Assembly: GCA_032718475.1 (NCBI GenBank)
Contig: JAUCBJ010004970.1
Coordinates: 1-37,458, forward strand
DNA: 37,458 nucleotides
Direction of reading: 5' to 3'
Source of the DNA: Nemertoderma westbladi
Taxonomy: Eukaryota; Animalia; Xenacoelomorpha
Shown here: one piece after another, positions 23,072 through 33,862 of the stretch
How positions within the stretch are numbered: position 1 is the first letter of the stretch
Layout: every line of letters begins with the position of its first letter
Position numbers and translations under genes: made by a program
The notes under the pieces: model-generated
The model's database searches: none
Told to the model about the DNA's origin: nothing
What the model saw: only the letters and a program-made list of their open reading frames with translations

Positions 23072-23194
23072 AAACAAATGAATGTTTAACTGATGATAAT
23101 AATTGCCATACTAAGGCAAGCTGCACAAATACAATTTCTGGATTCAAGTGTGAGTGTAACTCTGGTTATTCTGGCGATGGTGTAGAATGCAATG
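23072..23194 (+). CDS. Host exon encoding one calcium-binding EGF-like domain
   Basis: TTCTTCAG acceptor and G|GTAAGT donor; 123 bp, phase 1-1; TNECLTDDNNCHTKASCTNTISGFKCECNSGYSGDGVECN with six Cys. Confidence 0.93.
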
Positions 23195-23286
23195 GTAAGT
23201 TAATTAATCTTATTTTAACTAATTCTTAATTAGTTAATAATTAATTAATTAATAATAACTTAATTTATAATATCTTAATTAAGGAT

Positions 23287-23895
23287 TGTTAGCTTATCCA
23301 ATTCCGCTAACATGAACCCACAAAGTAAGCCGTTGAGCAATATTGGGAGCACGAGGTTGATTACCAATCAACCTCGTGTCACCCCAGTAAACGGGGACAA
23401 CAGGCCCCAAAGGAGACACACACAATAAGGGTCAGGGGCCAAACCCCTAACAGAGAGAGAACAACAGGGGCAACGGGAAACACACCAGGGAAGGTGAAAG
23501 GGCGAGAAGTGGGATATTAGCCAATGGGGGGCAGCATCGACTAGGTACAGTAATATGGCCAACTGTGCAGTACATATATTACCTGTTGGTGCTTCCCTAT
23601 TCAGTCAATTTACTCAGTCAGATCAGTAGGGTGGAACGGTGACTTCTATCACCGTCCGCTACCGCCATCATACTTATCTACCGGTAACCGTGTCATACTA
23701 TACTATATATATCAACTATATTATACCTTATACATATAACCGAACACCAGAACTCTTTTACCTTTCACACACGGCGGGGACGCGTAGATAGAAAACCCAA
23801 CGGATAAACCGGGATCCGTAGATCCCGTCACAGTGATAGAATCAGATCCACCCAGCTGCCCTGACAGTGATAGAATCCTAGCAGCTGCCCTAACA
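23287..23895 (+). repeat. 5' LTR of the gag-only element (3' end uncertain, 23832-23903)
   Basis: 23287-23618 matches 29470-29801; TATA-like at ~23575, TCAGT initiator-like motifs at 23601-23627; CTAACA at 23890-23895 would complete TGTTAG..CTAACA. Confidence 0.75.
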
Positions 23896-23970
23896 GTCTG
23901 ACAGTGATAGAACTAGATCCAACCAACTGACAGACTGTGGCTGCCATCCTGCCAGCCACCAAAGACAAAG

Positions 23971-26900
23971 ATGAGCCGAATAGGAGAGACGACACCGCCG
24001 TGGACCCCGGACGACAACCTAACGATCCGCGAGGCCGCGGCGAGACGGCATCGACCCACGACGCCGGATCCGTCGACTACAGACGATCCGGCAATCCAAA
24101 CGGAGGGGGGCCGTCTACAACGAGAAGGGAGAGACGAGTCGGGAGTCGAAAGGGAGAAAGACGAGTCGACGCGGAGCGAGGGTCGACGTACCGATGTCGC
24201 CGGCCAGCCACAGGCCGAGGACGACGAACGGTCCACCGGAACGGCGACGGTGGGGCCGTCGGTACGACGTCGGACCTGGAGAGACGGAAGAGAGGTCGGC
24301 GACGAGGACGTCGGGGTTTCTGATCGACTTCGACGAGCCTACCTCGCGACCAGGGAGCGACTGAGAGAGGCCAAAGGAGGGGCGAAGATAGACGAGGTGA
24401 GACTGAGGAGATGACTAGGTGAGTCGAACAGATACTTTGATTGCCTGATGCGTTCTGGGCAGGGAGAACTAGCCGAGTAGAGGGCGAGGGGAGTTGTCAA
24501 CGAACTGATTGAACTATGGGAGTGTAGGGGTATGCAGCCTAGTGTAGTGTACATAGGGCCATACTTAGTCGATGCCCGGGGAGTAAAATTAGTGGGTTGG
24601 AAGAGACCTGAGGAGGGCGAATCCGAGGTTAACTCCGAGGATTCGGTCTCGTCGGTCGGAGGAAGTTCCGGGAGGCGGGGGAAAGTTGGTGGGACGGAGG
24701 GGCGACGGGAGTCCATCGCAACCGATAAGTCTGCTACATCCTCCGCAAAAGAAAGAAGGGTGCGGGAGATAAATCTGATGTATAAAATAGAAATGGCGGC
24801 GAATAAGCAGAATGGGTTAGAGAGACAATTGAGGGATAAAACCGCATACTCAGAGAAGTTAGGAGAGTTGGCGAGGGAGTATAGAAAGAGAGTCGAGGAG
24901 TGTATAGAGCGGGAGATGAGAGTAGGGGACGAGCCGGCGACGTGGCTTGAGATGATTGCGAGAGTTGAGTTGTTCGAGCAGGATATGCGAGAGACTGAGA
25001 TAGAGGTAGAGCGTGAGCGGGATGATTTGCGTGCCCAGCAAAGGGGGCTTGCGCAATATCAAGCCAAACTAGACCAGCGCCGACTAGAACTGGCGCGGTT
25101 GGAACTATCAGAGAGTGAGACCCCACTTACAGGCACCGGGCGAGAGAACCAGAACTGGTGTAGCCGTACGGGCTGGGGGGGGGGGGGGGGGGGTAATAGT
25201 AGTACGTTAGAAGTAGTTAATATTAATAGTACCGTAGTAGATAACCCTAATCCCTTTATTACAGGAAATAATATTTTACGTGGTAGTAGTAATTTAAATT
25301 TAAATTCAAATAATAACATTAATTCAAATATTCAGAATAATTCAAATAATTCGAATAATAATTTAAATTTTGAAAATAATAATAATTCTAATTTAAATAA
25401 TTTAAATAATAATCCCGTTTCAAATTCTAACAATTTAATTGATTTAACAAATAATATTGGGAATGGTGCTATTAATATGAGCGTGTCAGACGTGTATAGC
25501 CCGGCAGACGGGGGCCTGGTAGGCCACGCAGTTAGTAGGCAGTAAGTGGCAGGGTTGAGCCAACCCGACGGCGGCCTGGTAGGCCACGTAGTTGGTAGGC
25601 AGGAGGTAGCGGGGTTGAGCCAACCCGAGGTGGGCCTGATGGGCCACGCAGTAGTAGAGAGAGAGGCGGGGGTGAATAGACCCAGCCGTAGTAGAGACAG
25701 TGCGTCGACTAGAGAGGGGTGTAGAGACGAAGTAAGAGATAGTGAAGTTAGATGTGGCGAGTGGGGGGGGGGGGGGGGGGGGGGGCTACGGGCGCCCCAC
25801 CACATAAGATTAGTGGCGAGAGAGGGGGGGGCAGAGCTAGGTAAACCGCAACACCCGGCGACGGAGAGTAATAGGGGGATTGCAAGTATCCCCAACGGCG
25901 TGCGATCGAGCAGAGAGAGGCGTCGCGAGAGGGCAGACGAAGCGTCAAGCCCGATCAGAAGAGGAAAGAAGAACAGTGGAGTTTAACCGGGAGGTCGACG
26001 AGAGATCTCACGAGCGGGAATACTGCACTGTGAAGAGAAGAAGAGAAGATAGTAGGAGAAGTGTCGCCACGAACGATAGCAGTGCGAGGACGGATAACGG
26101 ACCGTCGATAGTAGAGATGGAGTTAGGGAGTCAGTGGGGTCGAACTTCGGGAGATTGCCGTCGCCCCGGAGAAACGCACCGCACGCCAAGAGAGGGGTAC
26201 GGGACGTACCGATATAAAGTTGAGAACAGGAGTGGGGATCGAAGAGAAGCTTCCCGACGGGATATAGCTGCCGATCGAGAGTGCGGTAGTCGCCGGGAGA
26301 TTCGAGATTCGCGAAGATTAAACTTCGGCTCAAAAGGGCACGTGCAGACTGCAGGACATACTGTAGGCCTTACTGCACATACTATTATAGGCCATGCTGG
26401 GAGAGATAGAGTAGGCGATAGGGTAGCGCGAACGACGGGATTAAACCCGGAAGCCGCGGAGTACATACCGGTAGGTAGGCAAGAAGTGGGTAGGCCTATA
26501 TCGGTACAGCAGCATGACTATAATACACAGGGACATAACATATATCCAGGGGAGGGGGGAGTTATTGGAGATAGACGTATGGGCCCCAATTTATTAACAT
26601 CAACCCCAGTACCAAACATACCGGCCGGGGGGGACAGGGTGACATTCCCCCATCACAATATCAACAATATACCCCAATAGGAGCAAGAACATCGAACTCC
26701 CTGGACGAGAACAGGTCGTGCGGACAGTCGCTACCACACGCGGCCATACAGGGGACTGCTAGTCCACAGTTAGCTGGTAGCAGGGCCACACCGTGGCAGG
26801 GACAGAAAGAAAATAACATCAAAAATAAACACAATCCCAATATACCCAGTAGGCCGAGTCTAGACAACCAAAACACTAAATCGGTACATATAAACCTAGG

Positions 26901-27483
26901 CGCGATACGTGAAGGACTATACAGGAAACGCTATAATCCAGGATTCGAATGTCAATTACATCGGGACGGAACCCATAAGACCAGGAGTTGCAAGTACTGG
27001 CAAGCGTTGCCCAAACGAGATCGTGTAGCCTACACAGACGCAAACGGACTATGTCATCGATGTGTGGTAAAAGGACACAGATCCGGAGAGTGTTGGAAAG
27101 GGAGAGGATGTGAAAGGACTAAACCAGGGGCAGAGAAGCCCATGAGTAAACATAAAGGAGTCGGGAAAGTAGAAGGAGGCGTGTTGCATACGCACGCGAG
27201 GCTGGCACGGTGCGAGGGGGCATTGCATGGGCGGGCATCGTGTATACCGAGGTACGAGCGGGGGTTGTCGAGGCCTTTGATGCCGGCGCACATACGAAGG
27301 GGGAGGCCAGCAGAGGTAGTATCGAAGAGAGTGTGGCGAAGAGTTAGAGGACATATAGGAGGGCAGTGGGAGAGTGCCTACTGGAAGAAGGGGCACCTGA
27401 AAGTTTTTAGTCGTCCAATGTTTTGGACTGAGGGGGGTGTGAATGAGGGCGAGACGCCCTTCCCACGGAAAATAATTATTTAA
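23971..27483 (+). pseudogene. gag: Gag-like ORF (~1170 codons, several stops and frameshifts)
   Basis: 23971-24414, 24532-25545 and 25546-25986 share one frame; coiled-coil, Asn-rich tract, 20-aa repeats; CQLHRDGTHKTRSC..R..LCHRCVVKGHRSGEC..C at ~26950-27110. Confidence 0.8.
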
Positions 27484-27539
27484 TTAAAAATAAAAATATA
27501 AAAATAAATAATAAAATAATTAAATAATAAAGTAGGTAG

Positions 27540-29030
27540 AAGTTAGGTAGTAAGAGAGTTAGTTAGTTAGTCAGTTAGAAGGTATGTAGTACCTGGAGTT
27601 TGTTAGTTAGTTAGTTAGTCAGTTAGAAGGTACGTAGTACCTGGAGTTAGTTAGTTAGTCAGTTAGAAGGTACGTAGTACCTGGAGTTAGTTAGTTAGTC
27701 AGTTAGAAGGTACGTAGTACCTGGAGTTAGTTAGTTAGTTAGTTAGTCAGTTAGAAGGTACGTAGTACCTGGAGTTAGTTAGTTAGTTAGTTAGTCAGTT
27801 AGAAGGTACGTAGTACCTGGAGTTAGTTAGTTAGTTAGTTAAGAGGGTACGTAGTACCGCTAGTTAGAGTAAGAGTTAGAGGGTACGTAGTACCGTTAGT
27901 TATAGAGTAGTTGGAGGGTACGTAGTACCGTTAGTTAGTGGAGTTAGGGTTAGTGAGAGGGTACGTAGTACCGTTAGCAGGGAGTGTTAGAGATGTTAGT
28001 TAGAGGGTACGTAGTACCGTTAGTTAGGTTAGTAAGAGGGTACGTAGTACCGTTAGTTAGAAAGAAAGTAGTAGCAGTAGAGGGTTGTGGGCACCATAAG
28101 CGCCACGTAGGGAGTAGAGCAGTAGGGGGTTGTGGGCACCGTAAGCGCCACGTAGAAAGTAGTAAGCAGAGCAGTAGAGGGTTGTGATGACGTGTTTGAT
28201 GCAAGAGCAGGGTATGTTAATTAGGGTGGGTGCCGGGCACAAGAGGTGCCGGGCACAAAAAGAGTTAGTAGTAGAGTTAGTTGAGTTAGTAGAGAGTTAG
28301 TAGTAGAGTTAGTAGAGAGTTAGCAGAGTTAGTAAGAGTTAGTAATAGTTCACATAATTAACGTACCCACTCTGCCGGCATTCAGAGCGTCACGTGCAGG
28401 CGAGTAGATGTAAAGGAAGTAAGTTAGAGATAGAGTAGAAGTAGTAGAGAGGGCACATAGGGTGCCAGGTAGTAAGTAGAGTTAGAGTGTTAGAGGTAGC
28501 AGAGAGGGCACATAGGGTGCCAGAGAGTAGAATAGTAGAGACGGGCACATAGGGTGCCAGGTAGTAGAGTTAGAGGGAGTAGAATAGTAGAGAGGGCACA
28601 TAGGGTGCCAGATAGTAGAGTTAGAGGTAGTAGAGTAGTAGAGAGGGCACATAGGGTGCCAGAGAGTAGAGTAGTAGAGAGGGCACATAGGGTGCCAGGT
28701 AGTAGAGTAGTAGAGAGGGCACATAGGGTGCCAGATAGTAGAGTGGTTGTGGGTGCCGCAAGCACCGCGTAGAAGGAAGTAGTAGTAAAGAGTGGTTGTG
28801 GGCACCGCAAGCGCCACGTAGTTAGAAGAGTGGGTAGAGTTAGGGAGTTCTAGTTAAAGGGCTAGAGAGTTGGTAGACTTAGAGGAGTCAAGTAGAGTTA
28901 GTAGAAGTAGAGAGCTAGTAGGAGTTAGTTAGACTTAGTAGTTCTAGTTAGAGTTAGTAGAAAGTTAGAGGCTTTAGTTAGAGCCAGAAGTAGTGAGAGT
29001 TAGCGGAGAGTAGAGATAGTTAGAGTTAGT
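27540..29030 (+). repeat. Composite tandem array of short hairpins in (GTTA)n/AGT-rich C-poor linkers
   Basis: 12x GGTACgtaGTACC (first copy has one change), 7x GGCACataggGTGCC, 4x GG(CAC/TGC)c..aaGC(G/A)CC, 1x GGCACaagagGTGCC. Confidence 0.92.
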
Positions 29031-29459
29031 AAGCAGTAGGTAGATGGTATGATAGCACAGGGGTAGCATTAGAGATTAGGGCCTTAGGGAGGGCAAGAGA
29101 GATAGCGAGAGGTGGTATGGAGATAGTGTGGAGAGAGTGTGGGCGCAATTCAAGCGTGGGGGGGGGGGAGAAGTGAGAGGAAGAGTGAGGGACAGGGAAG
29201 TCCAAGAGTTGGAGCAAGAGAGGAGAGGAAGAGTAGAGTCAGGGCGAAAGTGTTGGGGAAACAAAAGTTGTGTGAGAGAAGCGCACGATCGGCTCGACAC
29301 GAAACGCCAGAGGGTAGCAATATCATACCCATAGGGAGCGGCCCGGAAAGCCGGCTCCGAAAGAAAATAACCCACCCCACACCCGATACTAGATCGGGAT
29401 CCAGCGGAATTGTAGCGCACTTTTTTGGTGGATGCTATCTTCTCACCGGGAAGATAGCA

Positions 29460-29469
29460 TGGGGGGGAG
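29460..29469 (+). other. Polypurine tract (TGGGGGGGAG) before the 3' LTR
   Basis: Directly abuts TGTTAG at 29470. Confidence 0.85.
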
Positions 29470-29801
29470 TGTTAGCTTATCCAATTCCGCTAACATGAAC
29501 CCACAAAGTAAGCCGTTGAGCAATATTGGGATACCAGGTTGATTACCAATCAACCTCGTGTCACCCCAGTAAACGGGGACAACAGGCCCCAAAGGAGACA
29601 CACACAATAAGGGTCAGGGGCCAAACCCCTAACAGAGAGAGAACAACAGGGGCAACGGGAAACACACCAGGGAAGGTGAAAGGGCAAGAAGTGGGATATT
29701 AGCCAATGGGGGGGCAGCATCGACTAGGTACAGTAATATGGCCAACTGTGCAGTACATATATTACCTGTTGGTGCTTCCCTATTCAGTCAATTTACTCAG
29801 T
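29470..29801 (+). repeat. 3' LTR of the gag-only element, truncated
   Basis: Only three difference sites versus the 5' LTR; no terminal CA or TSD. Confidence 0.9.
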
Positions 29802-30320
29802 ACCCATCACCAAAAAGTGCAAATTTGCGATGCCCAGTGCTGTTTTTATTGATTCCATCGGATTCAGGACCCTCATAACCCCGTATAACGCAAGAAACAA
29901 GATGATACTATCTACTTATCATTTTGCTTATTTTCCAAAATTTGGTGCTGGCACAACAATATTCACCCACCGACGAAAAATACAAATTTGAAAACTCTTA
30001 TGAAATTTTTACTGATTCCATTGAATTCAAAACCCTCACAAACCCGTATAACACAAGAAACAAGTTGACACAATTAATTGATATATTTGATGGTTTTCAA
30101 AATTTGGTGCTAGCAATACATTTTGCACCCACTTCTGAAAAATTCAAGTTTGATATGTCTAGTTCGATGATTATACATTCCATTGAATTCAGAACAGCCA
30201 TAAACCTCTAAAACGCAAGAAATAAATTGCCACAAGCAATTTTATCTTTTGAATGGATTTTCCAAATTTCGTGCTAGCACCAAAATTTGCACACAGCACC
30301 GAAAAATACAAGTTTGATAC
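29802..30320. repeat. Degenerate ~163-bp tandem repeat, ~3 copies
   Basis: ATTCCATTGAATTCA..CCCGTATAAC.CAAGAAA..AAATTTGGTGCT recurs. Confidence 0.75.
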
Positions 30321-31677
30321 GCTTGGTGCAACTCGTATTTTTGCTGCACAGGCTAACTGCATACCGAAATCTTATATTTTATCAGATTTTCATTCAATTT
30401 CTGTACGTATAACATTTATGCCTAACTCGTGTTGTATACCACCGTGAACCTTGTTTATATGTTGCCTAGCAGCAGTTGTGGTATTGCTGAACTCTCATTG
30501 GTAAGTACCGGTGCAGGTATTCTTGCGTCCTATTGGCTGTTCTATTTTTGCAGTATTACTCGCTTATATATTCCCATTGTTCATCCCATTATTTCCAGGC
30601 ATAACAACCTGACATCATATTAGCCTGATGCGAGTCATGTAATTTGCAGGACTCGTATGTATTTCACCTTGCTGCATGCATTGTAGCTTGCTGTGTGCAC
30701 AGTAACTTGTTGCATACTTGCTGTATTGCATTATTATTAATTGCTATTATTGCATTGCTATTGTTGATGAATATACGAGACCAGAGATCAAACCAACTCG
30801 ATTTCCACACGGTTAATGCTGACTGCGCCCTGTCTGTAATAGATTCGGTTCATTTTCTTGCGAGTGTGTGAAATGGAAATTGAAATTGTTTAATTGACAT
30901 CAAATAAGTAAAGTATATCTGCATAATTAAACATTACCGGTAAAAACAAGATAATTCATTATACAGTAGTTATAGTTAATGCATCAAATAAATTGAGAGA
31001 GTTAGTTAAGCTATAATGTAAGTGCTGAAGTGTGTTGTCAAAGTGCATTTCGTTGGCAATTTGTGGTCAGCGTTTCCTGTGTAGGAGGTGGTTGAGTAAT
31101 GGGTAAGTTTTGCATGGTGAGTGTGAGTCTAGATGATGTCGGGAATAGCCCCAAGAGACATGGTCTCGCTTTCATGGGGGTCCCCTTAATGCGAGGAGGT
31201 TATCGGTATGGTCGGTGTGGTAATTGTCTGTCGGTAGTGGTAAATGTGTAGTTATTAGGCGTGTGTAAAATGGAGTAGGAATGTGTTCGAGGGGAGTGGT
31301 CGGAGTAATATAACATTTAGTATAGAGCTGTGAGGGATTGTAGTATGGTCTGTGTGGTATTGATTGGCATGTCAGAGTATCACAAATACACAATCATCGA
31401 TATAAAGATTACACGAAATTACATACGAAATAAATAAATGAGTTAGATTCGGTTTGAATTCGTACCTACTATATTACACGGATTTAAATAAAAATTACAA
31501 TAGATTAATTATGAACAATTTAAATTCGTACTTACTGTACGAATTTAATTATGTGCGTCCATAGTACTGCAATATTATTCCCCAACTAGTAAATATCATC
31601 TACTAACACTATGCATGCAGCACGAGTGAACTGTGCGCTTACCCCGTAATGAGTCAAACATAGTGTCCTACGTTTAA

Positions 31678-32388
31678 GGGGGGGGTACACCATTTTCGGA
31701 CAACTCTTCGATTTATCACTCTCAGCGTTTCAAAATTGTTTGGTTTTGGCTAAAATTTGGCATATAAGTGCCTAAGATGCTATTCTACGTGATAGGTCAG
31801 AAGAAAAAAATTTTCCGCTATTTAATATTAGTTAATACTAGTTAACAATAAAAAAAACTTGGTTGCGCTTAAAACCCTAAGGCTTTTACAGTTTTGAACC
31901 TAATCACATGAAAGTTTTTTTATATGATAGATCAAAGATGGGGCAACATAACTATCAGGCGAAATTTTGTGAAAATAATTCTGCACCGCTAGGTGGCGCT
32001 GCAAATTTGTGCTAATTTTTAGGTTTTTTATAAATAGTATTAAATTTTATTAACAAAAAATTTCGAAAAGTTGCCTGATACTTTTATGCAGGGTGGCAAT
32101 CTAGACACCCACAGGAAGTTTCAGACTAATTACTCAAAAATTGTAGAAGTAGTAGGGTTTTGAAGTTGACAATTTCATGAAAAAAATATTTGGAGATAAT
32201 TGACCTTTCATTATACATAGTAATAGTAATTTCAATAGGAATCCCTAAATGGAAATTTACATAACTTGAAAACTAAAATAGCTATTAAATAGCGGTTTTC
32301 AGATTTGGAAACACCATTCAATGGTGCATTATAATAGACCATAAAAAAAATTTCGACATATTTTGGACCAAAATGGTGTACCCCCCCC
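31678..32388. mobile_element. MITE with 19-bp TIRs and TTAA target-site duplication (Kolobok-like)
   Basis: TTAA|GGGGGGGGTACACCATTTT ... AAAATGGTGTACCCCCCCC|TTAA. RR..YY ends with TTAA fit Kolobok rather than piggyBac. Confidence 0.88.
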
Positions 32389-33862
32389 TTAATAAGTCAC
32401 AAGTGCATTTACTCGCCAACAACACAATATAACGGAACGGTTTACACGTAACTATCCCCCCCCCCCCCCCCCCCCTTGAAGCAGTTTGTAAGCGCCGAAG
32501 CTTTATACTTACAGTAATTGGCTGTACTTTCAGTTTAGATATATATATATATTACTGTAGATAATATAAAAAACAATATGGGTACAGTACAACCTGACTG
32601 GCGAAATATATATATAGAAACAATGTGATCCAGTCTCCTATCAAAAATGAAACCTAACTACGAATAAACACTTTAATAACTGCACGAATAACTATCCTAT
32701 ATATTAGAAAATACAGGACTTTTAGTCCGCCAAAAGGGGTAAGTCTACATACTAAATTTGATAAAAATAAAGGGTTTCAGGATTTAAACACTGTACCCGG
32801 GAAAACACAGCTCCATCATCAGCAGTGTACTGTGAGTCCCTACCCTATCTAAATACGGCACAGTACCAATTGACCAATATAATACAGGAAATGAAACCAA
32901 ATACTGAAATAGAGAAATAAACAAATCAGACCGGTAGTAAATAGATGAAACCCAAAAACTGATACCACTAAAGCCTAAATAAAATACAGGAAACCAAAAT
33001 AAGAATGAACCCAAATGAGAATAGTGACCAGATAGTGAACTACTATATCTAACCTGCATAACAAATAAATCTATAATGGCTGTATTGCACAGTCTAATAC
33101 TAGATATGTTATATAATGGTATGAATACAGCAGTAAATAATAACCCAAAGACCGTACAGACACCCCCCCCCCCCCCCAAACACTGATAGAATAATGATAC
33201 CCAATAGAAACTCCCAGATCTAGAGTAACAGAAGCAACTAGCTTTCAATAGGCTACAAAAATTGAAATTTTAAATTTTTTTGTGTCCCTCTAGCGGCGAG
33301 TGGCGGAATTAAATATTTCACTAAAAACACTACTACATCGTCCCTTAATATTTATCGATTTTTTTTAAACCAACTTTTTTGGACTCAGCACCATCGTTCT
33401 ACAAAAATTATCCAACCGATTTTTTAAATTATTAATTTTTAAGTAAGTTAATGAAATTTATTAATTAAAATTACTAAAATTAATTAAAATTTTCAATAAT
33501 ATTAACAATTATATTTTATTTATTTATCTATATTTTTTTCAAAAAAGTGCTGGATAATTTTTCAAGATGTTCAAAAAACCTTTCAAACGAGCCATAAATT
33601 ATCGAATTTGGGTGAAAAACGGCGGAGGAGTTGTATTTTGAAAAATGAAAATATCGTGAAATGTAATTCCAAGATAATTTGCTTTAAAATTTGAACCTTC
33701 CCGCTCAAACCTGATTGTCTGTAGTCTGTTAATCGGTCAGTAATGTTTGGTCAGGTCAGGTATTCTAGGTAATTGATCAAGAAAACTTGCCACCTCCATG
33801 CAGCATAAAGGAGGTGCCACCTGTAGCTGCATAGACCCCTTTTACTAGGGCAAATCTGGTCC

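Larger units (their letters stand above)
23287..29801 (+). mobile_element. Non-autonomous gag-only LTR retrotransposon of BEL/Pao type
   Basis: ~332-bp near-identical direct repeats starting TGTTAG, G-rich PPT before the second, BEL-type Cys motifs, no PR/RT/IN motifs seen. Confidence 0.88.

Noticed and set aside
23826-23935. Hammerhead ribozyme from CTGA...GAA motifs
   Set aside because: No CUGANGA/GAAA core with the required stems.
27580-28050. Repeat-spacer (CRISPR-like) or telomere-like array
   Set aside because: Spacers are (GTTA)n slippage variants, neither unique sequences nor TTAGG/TTAGGG arrays.
27974-28817. Repetitive ORFs on both strands in the hairpin array
   Set aside because: By-products of tandem repeats; linker lengths do not preserve frame.
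29417-29820. GCACTTTTTTGGTG versus CACCAAAAAGTGC as inverted ends around the 3' LTR
   Set aside because: Short, includes a homopolymer indel, and the right part belongs to the 163-bp repeat; probably chance.
31020-33250. Strand-biased segments and ORFs 31172-31393 and 32784-33248
   Set aside because: No recognisable motifs; the hydrophobic translation reflects base skew; probably unclassified TE debris.
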